A stretch of DNA of 64,000 nt from Gammaproteobacteria bacterium (lineage in GTDB: Bacteria; Pseudomonadota; Gammaproteobacteria; UBA1113), in assembly GCA_021773295.1 (NCBI GenBank), contig JAJFKI010000014.1:4250-68249 (forward strand), read 5' to 3'. The position numbers and the translations under genes are program-made. Below the pieces are notes generated by a model. The model saw nothing but the letters and a program-made list of their open reading frames with translations. It made no database searches and had not been told where the DNA came from. Shown in pieces: positions 18,652 to 26,648 of the stretch; positions within the stretch are counted from its first letter, which is position 1; the number at the start of each line of letters is the position of its first letter.

Positions 18652-19884
18652 CTACAACCAGCCTACAGGTAGTTGCGCTATTTCATCTGTCAACCACTCT
18701 ACTTTTTCACTTTGGTTGATTAAGATCCCAAATGCAAGCTTATTATCAATTACAAAGCGTTGTAGAGCTCGTAAATTGTTTCGCTTAACCGTCGAGCCAT
18801 ACTTGATTTCTACGGGTAACACACCAAAAGGTCCCTCTATAATTAAATCTATTTCAGCTTGATTTTTAGTTCGATAATAATAGGCATCCCAGCTTGTTGC
18901 TTGTGTTGCTTTTAGACCTTGCAGTAACTCTTCAATTACAAATGCCTCAAAGGAATGCCCCACAATTGGATGTGAATAGAGTTGCTCTAACTCATGGATG
19001 CCTAATAAGTAATGCATTAAACCAGAGTCACGGATATAACCCTTAGGCATTTTAATGACAGACTTAGTAATGCTTTTTTCATAACTTGGTAGTGAGCGCC
19101 ATAAAAAAGTTCCCTCAGCGATAGTCAGGTATTCTCTAGCCGTTTTCTCACTCACTTCAATGGCTCGACTTAATTCACTCTTATTAATAATCGTACTTGA
19201 TAATTGGCACAGCATTGTTAAAAAACGACGATAAGCAATCTTATTTAGTTTTGGAAATAACTTCCCAATATCTCGATTCAAATAGTTTTGATGATAGTTA
19301 TCCATCCATTCGGCATAGAAATAATCGTCTTTAGATAACACAGGTTCTGGATAGCCTCCCTTCAACCACACTGTTTGCATTTGTTCATTACTTATTGGTG
19401 GCTTACCGGCTACAATCTTATCTTTCGCTAATGTTTGCAAAAATAGTTGATAAAATTTACTTAAAGGTTGTCGATAAATTTCATTGGCTTTAAGTGTACC
19501 TAACTCTATTGTTGCAATCCTACCCGCTAAGGTTTCAGAAATATGATTAATTAACTCTGGACTACTGGATCCTGTTAAGATAAAACGGCCTTTTTGCTTA
19601 CGATCACTATCAATGACTCCCCGTAAAATCCGAAACAGCTCAGGGTATTCTTGAGCTTCATCAAAAATCACATGATTGGGATATTGTTTGAAAAAGAAAT
19701 TCGGATCATAACTCACTCGATCATAATCGTGTGAGTTTTCTAAATCGATATACTGCCAATCGGGCAGCAAATTTTGAGCGATGGTTGTTTTACCCGCCTG
19801 ACGCGCACCAATAATGGCTACAGCCGGAAAATAATCTAGCAATTTAATTACTTTTTGGCCTATATTACGTATTAAACCAGTCAT
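18652..19884 (-). CDS. AAA+ ATPase of the AAA_14/DUF4143 type with C-terminal PD-(D/E)xK-like motif (paralog 1)
   Basis: Walker A GARQAGKTT, Walker B VIFDEAQ, ILTGSSS. C-terminal EIDLII...VEIKYG resembles a restriction-endonuclease-fold ExD...ExK motif. Confidence 0.8.
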   Translation of the reverse strand: MTGLIRNIGQKVIKLLDYFPAVAIIGARQAGKTTIAQNLLPDWQYIDLENSHDYDRVSYDPNFFFKQYPNHVIFDEAQEYPELFRILRGVIDSDRKQKGRFILTGSSSPELINHISETLAGRIATIELGTLKANEIYRQPLSKFYQLFLQTLAKDKIVAGKPPISNEQMQTVWLKGGYPEPVLSKDDYFYAEWMDNYHQNYLNRDIGKLFPKLNKIAYRRFLTMLCQLSSTIINKSELSRAIEVSEKTAREYLTIAEGTFLWRSLPSYEKSITKSVIKMPKGYIRDSGLMHYLLGIHELEQLYSHPIVGHSFEAFVIEELLQGLKATQATSWDAYYYRTKNQAEIDLIIEGPFGVLPVEIKYGSTVKRNNLRALQRFVIDNKLAFGILINQSEKVEWLTDEIAQLPVGWL

Positions 19885-19958
19885 ATTCGTGCGTTCCCCC
19901 CGATATTTACTGGTTAAGTAAAGTGTACTTCCATTAAAAAGTCAAGCCATAGCGCCAG

Positions 19959-20123
19959 ATATACCCGTCACACTTCAAAATGCGAGATTTAGGCGAGTTG
20001 ATTTTTGTTCCCTTGGAACCTTTGAAATGCAGATAATAGTCGGTCTATTGCCAAATTTCAAAGGTTCCAAGGGGGCAAAAAGCAATAGCATTAATTTCGC
20101 ATTTTCATCTGTGATGGGTATAT
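19959..20123. repeat. 165-bp MITE-like nested inverted-repeat element (family A)
   Basis: Outer arms are ATATACCCGTCACACTTCAAAATGCGAGATT and AATTTCGCATTTTCATCTGTGATGGGTATAT. Inner arms are TTGTTCCCTTGGAACCTTTGAAAT and ATTTCAAAGGTTCCAAGGGGGCAA. Related fragments occur at 56678-56713, 47682-47699 and 60045-60063. Confidence 0.6.
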
Positions 20124-20212
20124 GCCCATCGTACTTGACTGGTGATACTTAAAATTATCTTAACAGTACGCAATCCGCAGTTAATTTACGTCCCTTTATA
20201 GAGTTACGCTTT

Positions 20213-21355
20213 TTATGATAAATACGCTTCATAATTCAATACAGCAACATCCTGCATTGGCGGGTAGCTATCGCCTTGATAAATTAAATAGGCTTTATCT
20301 TCTTTTTCCATAAACACATCAAGATGCTGTATCATTTTAGGATGAAACGTAGCACTTGATTTGATCTCAAGGCATTCCTTATATTGCTTACGATCAATGA
20401 TTAAATCAACTTCTTGTCCATGGCTCGTGCGTAAATAATAAAGCTCGGCATTGGTTTTTAAATGCCATTCGCGCTTTAATACTTCACTCACGATATAGTT
20501 TTCAAAAATGGGGCCTGCCAAGGGTCCTTGCGCATATTGTTTGTGGCTTTCTATTCCAGTGAGGTAGGATACTAAGCCGGTATCATGAAAATAAACTTTT
20601 GGGCGTTTAACAATACGTTTACCATAATTTTTATGATAGGGCGGTATTAAAAAGATAATATAAGAAGCTTGTAAAATAGAAATCCAATGTTTAATGGTTT
20701 TCACATCTACGCCTAAGTCATTGGCGTAAGTGCTCATATTTAATTGTTGTGATGTGTTGGCGGCTAATAAGCTCATTAATCGTTGAAAGTCGCGCATGTC
20801 ACCAATATTGCTAATCGCTCTAACGTCATTATTAAGATAAGTATTAATATAAGCCGAAAACCAATCTTGGAATAGTTGATAATGTTTATTAACGAGCTCT
20901 GGGTAGCTGCCTTTATAAATAGACTCTTGATGTAATGCGCTTTTTATTTCTGAATATTGATAAGGTAATAAACTCAACAAACCAATTCTTCCTGCCAGCG
21001 ATTCAGACACACCACGGATAAATCCAAATTGACTAGAACCGGTTAAAATAAATTTTCCTCTAGTATCTCTGTCATTGTCGACAGCTATTTTGATTAAATC
21101 AAAAATTTCTGGTGCTTTTTGTACTTCATCAAAAATAATTTTATTAGGATACATGCTAATAAATTGCTGTGGATCATGGTGGAATAACGCCAAGATGCGA
21201 CTGTCGTCGAAGGTGACATAAGTATATTCATCCTTGAGCATGTTTAATAATAAGGTTGATTTACCGGATTGGCGTGGACCGGTAACCCCCACGACCGAAA
21301 AAAAATCGAGATATTCTCTGAGCTTGGTTTCTGCAACTCTATGTTGATAGTGCAT
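20213..21355 (-). CDS. AAA+ ATPase of the AAA_14/DUF4143 type with C-terminal PD-(D/E)xK-like motif (paralog 2)
   Basis: Walker A GPRQSGKST, Walker B IIFDEVQ, ILTGSSQ, C-terminal EVDLIID...LEIKSS. Start placed at ATG 21355 (MHYQHRV...) because the track start at 21394 lies inside the operator palindrome. Confidence 0.8.
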   Translation of the reverse strand: MHYQHRVAETKLREYLDFFSVVGVTGPRQSGKSTLLLNMLKDEYTYVTFDDSRILALFHHDPQQFISMYPNKIIFDEVQKAPEIFDLIKIAVDNDRDTRGKFILTGSSQFGFIRGVSESLAGRIGLLSLLPYQYSEIKSALHQESIYKGSYPELVNKHYQLFQDWFSAYINTYLNNDVRAISNIGDMRDFQRLMSLLAANTSQQLNMSTYANDLGVDVKTIKHWISILQASYIIFLIPPYHKNYGKRIVKRPKVYFHDTGLVSYLTGIESHKQYAQGPLAGPIFENYIVSEVLKREWHLKTNAELYYLRTSHGQEVDLIIDRKQYKECLEIKSSATFHPKMIQHLDVFMEKEDKAYLIYQGDSYPPMQDVAVLNYEAYLS

Positions 21356-21367
21356 AGCAGTCTCTCT

Positions 21368-21466
21368 ATGTGTATATTTGGAATCACACTCCAAATATAC
21401 ACATAAAATAACCCGTTTTCAAACAATTAGATGTGTATATTTGGAGTTTAACTCCATATTTGCACA
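21368..21466. promoter_or_regulatory. two palindromic operator-like sites sharing the box ATGTGTATATTTGGA
   Basis: Perfect 15-bp inverted repeat at 21368-21382 / 21390-21404 with a 7-nt spacer. The same 15-mer repeats directly at 21431-21445, with an imperfect partner (12/15) at 21452-21466. The direct copies are 63 bp apart. Confidence 0.6.
21394..21422 (-). promoter_or_regulatory. putative sigma70 promoter of ATPase paralog 2
   Basis: Minus strand: TTGAAA, 17 nt, TATATT. The -10 lies inside the right arm of palindrome 1. Confidence 0.3.
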
Positions 21467-21570
21467 ATAATGGAGGGATTCTTAAGGCAAAACAACATAA
21501 AATAATTCGATCAATTTGCGGCCCATCGTAAATTGATCGTGATCATTATAGGATGCCTCGTAAAATGATC

Positions 21571-21598
21571 TTGATCAATGCACGATACATCCTATAAT
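21571..21598 (+). promoter_or_regulatory. putative sigma70 promoter of ATPase paralog 3
   Basis: TTGATC, 16 nt, TATAAT (consensus -10), 31 nt upstream of ATG 21629. The -10 is embedded in the inverted repeat TCATTATAGGATG (21543-21555) / CATCCTATAATAA (21588-21600). Confidence 0.45.
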
Positions 21599-21628
21599 AA
21601 TCAGAAGATATAACGTTGAGATAAACCA

Positions 21629-22837
21629 ATGAAACGCCTATACGATGCCATCATAAAACAACATTTTGAAGAACTGGATCTAATGCTATTTTTAGCAGGT
21701 CCTCGTCAAGTTGGAAAAACAACAGCCGGTAAGGCCGCACAAGCACTCACCACAAATTACACGTATTTAAACTGGGATAACTTTGATCACCGCAATATCA
21801 TATTAAGTGGTCCCAGTGTTATTGCAGAATATGCCAAACTAGATCAACTCCAGAAAATCAAACCGCTTATACTGTTAGATGAAATTCATAAATACAAAGA
21901 ATGGAAAAGTTTATTAAAGGGGTTCTATGACACCTACAAGAACGAAACCCATATACTCGTTACTGGCAGTGCGCGATTAGACATTTACAAATCTGGTGGG
22001 GATAGCTTAATGGGACGTTATTTCCCCTTTCGTATGCACCCCCTCTCCGTGGGAGAATGCATCTCACAATCACTGCCAACAGAGTTAATTAGTAAGCCTA
22101 GAAATCTTGAGCGTAATATTTTACAAAAATTACTAGACCACGGCGGTTTTCCCAAACCATTTTTACGGCATGAGAAACGGTTTACCGTTCGCTGGCAACA
22201 GTTAAGACAACAACAATTAATTCAGGAAGACATTCGAGATTTAAGTAAAATACAGGAAGTTAACCAATTGGAGGTATTAACAGAGCTTATCAAACATCAA
22301 GCTGGACAAGTATTAAATTATTCGAATTTAGCTAAAAAAGTGCGGGTCGCCAACGATACGATTAGAAGATGGATAAAGACATTAGAAGCTTTTTACTATT
22401 GCTATACTATTACGCCATGGAGTAAGAATATTACCCGCTCCTTAATAAAAGAACCCAAAGTTTATCTATGGGATTGGTCTGTTATTGATAATCCTGGTGC
22501 TCGATATGAAAACTTTATAGCAAGTCACTTGCTAAAAGCCATACATTATTGGAATGATCAAGGTTATGGAAAATTTTGCTTACATTATTTAAGAGACTTA
22601 GAAAAACGTGAAGTTGATTTTATCGTTATAAAAGATGAAAAACCATGGTTCTTAGTTGAAGCAAAAAGCAGCAACAATCATCACATTAATAAAAATCTTT
22701 ATTATTTCCAAGAACAAACTAACGCTAATCACGCTTTCCAAGTAGTGCTCGAATTACCCTTCGTAGAGAAAAGTTGTTTCGATACGACGAATCCAACCAT
22801 TGTGCCAGCATTAAGCTTACTTTCGCAATTAGTATAA
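21629..22837 (+). CDS. AAA+ ATPase of the AAA_14/DUF4143 type with C-terminal PD-(D/E)xK-like motif (paralog 3)
   Basis: Walker A GPRQVGKTT, Walker B LILLDEIH, LVTGSARL, C-terminal EVDFIVI...LVEAKSS. Confidence 0.8.
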   Translation: MKRLYDAIIKQHFEELDLMLFLAGPRQVGKTTAGKAAQALTTNYTYLNWDNFDHRNIILSGPSVIAEYAKLDQLQKIKPLILLDEIHKYKEWKSLLKGFYDTYKNETHILVTGSARLDIYKSGGDSLMGRYFPFRMHPLSVGECISQSLPTELISKPRNLERNILQKLLDHGGFPKPFLRHEKRFTVRWQQLRQQQLIQEDIRDLSKIQEVNQLEVLTELIKHQAGQVLNYSNLAKKVRVANDTIRRWIKTLEAFYYCYTITPWSKNITRSLIKEPKVYLWDWSVIDNPGARYENFIASHLLKAIHYWNDQGYGKFCLHYLRDLEKREVDFIVIKDEKPWFLVEAKSSNNHHINKNLYYFQEQTNANHAFQVVLELPFVEKSCFDTTNPTIVPALSLLSQLV

Positions 22838-22845
22838 AACTCACT

Positions 22846-23955
22846 TTATTCAGAATAGTAAATCGTAGGGGTTAAAAAAATTAGTAATTCGTCTTCTTCG
22901 GTCGCTTTGTAGCGCGATGTAAAGAAATTACCGAGGATAGGGAGTTTACCAAGAAAGGGAACTCGGATGACTTTGTCGCGTTTATCTTGTTCGAAGATGC
23001 CACCGAGGACGATGGTTTCGCCGCTTTTTACGATGACGTGAGTGCTGAGTTGGCGAGTGTCGATGGCGGGTTCGCCTTTGACAATATCATTGCCGCGTTT
23101 GTCTTGGTTGACTTTGATGTCTAAGTTGATGTTATCGTTAGCGAGGATTTCAGGCACGACTTTTAAACCGAGGACTGCTTTTTTAAAGGCGACGGTGGTC
23201 GCACCATTGTAGGCGGATTCTTCGTAAGGAATTTCTTCACCGGCCTCGATGAAAGCTGCTTCATGGTTGGATGTTACCAAATGGGGAGCCGACAAGAGTT
23301 GTCCACCACCTTCTGCTTCGACGGCAGATAATTCTAAATCTAATAATATACCTTTACCTAATTTTGCTAAAGCAATGCCAATGCTGGGGACTTGAGATAA
23401 GGTATCAATAGCCGCAGGCATATCGAAGTTTAATCGCTCAGCAAAAGGTATGTTAGCCACAGGCTCTGTCGCATCATTTAAAGCATTATTGGCAATTTGG
23501 TTAGCGCCTCTTAAGGTGCCTGATAAATGATTGGCTTGGGTCACACCAAAACTAACGCCAAGACTGCGTTCATATTGTCTGTCAATATTCATGATGCGGG
23601 CTTGAATCACAATTTGTGGCATGGCAATGTCTAACTGCCGAATGATGTTGGCGATGCGGCGAGTCAGGCTTGGTGAACCATAAATTAAAATCCTGTTACT
23701 ATGGTTATCAACACTAAGACTGCTACCCTCTCCCATTAAAGCTTTGTTACTTTTAATGAGCTTAGCAATTTTTTCGGCTTGCACATGTTTTATGGTGATT
23801 AACTTTGTTTGCATGATAACGGGTGATGACGCAGGATAAGATTTACCCTCCGTCGTGTGTGGCATAAAAGGATCTTGCGCTAAAGCCATGGGTTGTATGA
23901 CACAGAGTGTGATAACTAGAACTAGTTTAATTTTTTTATTGAAATGGTAGCACAT
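22846..23955 (-). CDS. pilQ: short secretin (type IV pilus PilQ-like)
   Basis: Signal peptide. Secretin C-terminal domain with VPFLGKLPILGNFF. Position downstream of pilN/O-like genes. Only 369 aa, so there is no room for AMIN domains. Confidence 0.8.
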   Translation of the reverse strand: MCYHFNKKIKLVLVITLCVIQPMALAQDPFMPHTTEGKSYPASSPVIMQTKLITIKHVQAEKIAKLIKSNKALMGEGSSLSVDNHSNRILIYGSPSLTRRIANIIRQLDIAMPQIVIQARIMNIDRQYERSLGVSFGVTQANHLSGTLRGANQIANNALNDATEPVANIPFAERLNFDMPAAIDTLSQVPSIGIALAKLGKGILLDLELSAVEAEGGGQLLSAPHLVTSNHEAAFIEAGEEIPYEESAYNGATTVAFKKAVLGLKVVPEILANDNINLDIKVNQDKRGNDIVKGEPAIDTRQLSTHVIVKSGETIVLGGIFEQDKRDKVIRVPFLGKLPILGNFFTSRYKATEEDELLIFLTPTIYYSE

Positions 23956-24430
23956 GAAGTAATCCTTTTATTTTTAGTTTTCCTTGGTAGGTCTTATTTT
24001 GTTCGGGAGCTAATGTAAGCTTTTTTAAAAGTAACATTGAATTTTTTCGATAAAGATAGTGCAACAAACTAGTAAATTGTGAATAGTTACCCAAAAGCAA
24101 AAAATCAATGAAGATTTCATGATCTTCCTTTTTTTCTTTAATATAATCAGCTTCCATACCCACGTTAGCAATGGTTTGCGAAAGCTTGGCTACACTGATA
24201 TTCGTTAGTTTTTTGCTAAAGGTTTGATGCTCATGATAAAAGCGCTTGCTTCGCAGTGTATTTAATGTTTTTTCAGCATGCTGTAGAGCCGATGATAATT
24301 GCTGTGCTTCATAATGATGATAATACTGAAGTACAGTACCCGCTATGATATTTAACCCAAAAATAATAGCACTCACTGATAAAAGCACATTGATTCGCTT
24401 TATTGCAAAAAATCGCTCAAACCCTTTCAT
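23936..24430 (-). CDS. PilO-like bitopic inner-membrane pilus assembly protein
   Basis: 164 aa with a single N-terminal TM (INVLLSVSAIIFGLNIIAGTVL) followed by a coiled-coil-like segment. The call is based mainly on its position between the pilN-like gene and pilQ. Confidence 0.45.
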   Translation of the reverse strand: MKGFERFFAIKRINVLLSVSAIIFGLNIIAGTVLQYYHHYEAQQLSSALQHAEKTLNTLRSKRFYHEHQTFSKKLTNISVAKLSQTIANVGMEADYIKEKKEDHEIFIDFLLLGNYSQFTSLLHYLYRKNSMLLLKKLTLAPEQNKTYQGKLKIKGLLHVLPFQ

Positions 24431-25431
24431 GAAACCAACTCAAAACTAATATTAAATTTAAATCCACGAGGATGAACATCCATTTGTGTGATAGTCACAT
24501 GGTTTGTTTTTAATTGCCCTCGCAACACGTTACTAAAAGACTCAATGGCTTTTGCACTATTAATAAACCCTGTTAAGTTCACTTGATTATCGATGATATT
24601 AATTCGAATTAGATAAGCAGTTGTCGGCATCATGGTATTAATAATATTGAATAGTTTTAATAAAGACCGCTGTTGTTTTTCAATGCCAGAACGCCTCACT
24701 GTTTGAGCTTGCTGCTGCTTAATAAGTGCTTGCTGTTGTTTTTGTTTAATCAACAATGGTTTTAGTTGGACACTTAATTGTTGATATTGATTTTTTGCCT
24801 GTAATTGTTGTTGCTCACCTTGTAAAAACAGTGTTGTCTGACCTATTACAGATCCCACAAGACCTACGATTAACATGCTAACAAACCAACGTTTATTAAG
24901 TTGACGGTGTTTTTCCCGCCATGGCAGTAAATTAAACCCTTGCTTTTCAAGGTATCTTTTTAATAAGTATTGGCAACTTGTGTCATGAGCGGTTTGCTCA
25001 TGAATGAAATCAATACACGCTAAACGTAGTGAAGTCTTAGCAAAAAGTTGCTGCACAAAATCAACCGTCTCTTGGCGACAAGCAACAGCAGACACCTCAT
25101 CATCCGCAATTTTCTTATAATCGCTAAGACATTGCTCTGGCGACACTTGCAAAAGGCGCGCTAATTTAATTTGGCAATAACTGTTAATTTGATGAGGCAA
25201 TAGCTCTTGCGGCAAATGAATCGTTTCCATGATGCAGTGAGATAATGACAAACCCAAAATCACTGTTTGCCCATCAAATTGCGCTAAACCCAACCCCATC
25301 GCAAGGCTAGCCGGACAGTCAGAAAATTTAGCCACTGAAACAGTACGAACCTCACCCAAGGAAAATTGCTCCCCCTTCCAACACCCCTCCACCAACGACC
25401 ATTTTGTATCATCCATGATCAAAGCCAACAT
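24427..25431 (-). CDS. PilM(N-terminal part)-PilN fusion-like protein
   Basis: The PilN signature FNLLPWRE (aa 166-173, nt 24913-24936), followed by a TM (WFVSMLIVGLVGSVIGQTTLFL) and a Q-rich coiled coil, is preceded by about 165 aa instead of lying at the N-terminus. Confidence 0.6.
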   Translation of the reverse strand: MLALIMDDTKWSLVEGCWKGEQFSLGEVRTVSVAKFSDCPASLAMGLGLAQFDGQTVILGLSLSHCIMETIHLPQELLPHQINSYCQIKLARLLQVSPEQCLSDYKKIADDEVSAVACRQETVDFVQQLFAKTSLRLACIDFIHEQTAHDTSCQYLLKRYLEKQGFNLLPWREKHRQLNKRWFVSMLIVGLVGSVIGQTTLFLQGEQQQLQAKNQYQQLSVQLKPLLIKQKQQQALIKQQQAQTVRRSGIEKQQRSLLKLFNIINTMMPTTAYLIRINIIDNQVNLTGFINSAKAIESFSNVLRGQLKTNHVTITQMDVHPRGFKFNISFELVS

Positions 25432-25502
25432 ATTAAATCACTTAAAAAATAAAAATATTATTATTTAATAAATAACACATGTCAAGTATAACGCACAATA
25501 GA

Positions 25503-25597
25503 GTCCCGAGCTTGGCGTAGGGGTTACCCCCAAATCAAGCGCAGGAAGCCGGAGGCTGACGAGCCATTGGGGGTAACCCCTACGCCAAGCTCGGGAC
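25503..25597. repeat. 95-bp hairpin element (family B, CTTGGCGTA core)
   Basis: Perfect 30-bp arms GTCCCGAGCTTGGCGTAGGGGTTACCCCCA / TGGGGGTAACCCCTACGCCAAGCTCGGGAC. Intergenic. Shares the CTTGGCGTA core with 47509-47626. Confidence 0.7.
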
Positions 25598-25646
25598 GGC
25601 AAAATAGCAAAAAGAAATGATTCTTAAAGATACAAAATCACACCAA

Positions 25647-26639
25647 CTAAGCTAATGCTTCGACAACCGCTTCACTTAACATCGAAAAGTGGCGAATGTC
25701 CTTAGCATTAAGATCACATTGATTTAAATCTACAAAGCGGATTCTGCGATTATCATAAGTATGGAAATAATAACGCTGATGCGTACAATCTTGAGCGCTA
25801 GTCCAGAGGGTTGAGCTAGTATATATCACACCATCAGTTTCTGCACGTACAGCACCAAACGGAATATCGAAGTTATTTAAAATGTGAAATGCTTGTAACA
25901 TCGTATCATGAGCATCTTTAGTTGGCGCACTAGTATGTTTAAAGGCAGCCACACGAATGAAACGTGATGCAGGTGTAAAATCACCTGGCATCCCTAAAAA
26001 ACCACTACCGTGTCCCGTGCCATGCACTTCGTTACCACTAAGCTCTATGGGATCATAATCTTTAGGACGCAAATTAATATAATTACTGCAATTTGTTAAA
26101 TGCCAATTAAAGTCGGGAGTATTTGCAAAGACACCTAGTTTATTGTCATGAAGATTAATTTTCCCATCAATATATTCAATCACTAAACAAGCGCCCGTGG
26201 GATCGTTAAAGATATAATGAACAGGCAAGGTAAAACCCCATTTTTTAAAAATTGCATCAGAGACTTTAATCTTTTGTACTGCTTCTTTAACCTCTGCAAC
26301 ACTGGCATACTGCGTTAACATCCACGTTGCTAAGTCCACTGAAGTTAATGCGGATTCACCTTTATCCACCGCTTGATAGCCCGCATACTTAGCAAAATAA
26401 AATAAACCGCCTGCTAAGCCTTTTTCATTAACACCATCGGCAATCAGAGGAAGCCCTTCGGCATTAGCGCCAACCACAGCATACTTACTTTGCCATTCAT
26501 GGCCATTATCACAATGAGCTTTTAAAGCATGATTGCGTGGTATCACGATCACTTCCGAATTAATATCAATGCCAAATTCCATGGTGCGTGCAAACACAAT
26601 GGAACCATCATCCGCTTTTAGTTGTAAACCAGTACACAT
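25647..26639 (-). CDS. Ntn hydrolase of the choloylglycine hydrolase / linear amide C-N hydrolase family
   Basis: Starts MCTG, with Cys2 as the N-terminal nucleophile right after Met. Size of about 330 aa and overall pattern are typical of the penicillin V acylase / bile salt hydrolase family. No signal peptide. Confidence 0.7.
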   Translation of the reverse strand: MCTGLQLKADDGSIVFARTMEFGIDINSEVIVIPRNHALKAHCDNGHEWQSKYAVVGANAEGLPLIADGVNEKGLAGGLFYFAKYAGYQAVDKGESALTSVDLATWMLTQYASVAEVKEAVQKIKVSDAIFKKWGFTLPVHYIFNDPTGACLVIEYIDGKINLHDNKLGVFANTPDFNWHLTNCSNYINLRPKDYDPIELSGNEVHGTGHGSGFLGMPGDFTPASRFIRVAAFKHTSAPTKDAHDTMLQAFHILNNFDIPFGAVRAETDGVIYTSSTLWTSAQDCTHQRYYFHTYDNRRIRFVDLNQCDLNAKDIRHFSMLSEAVVEALA

Positions 26640-26648
26640 ATATTTCTC

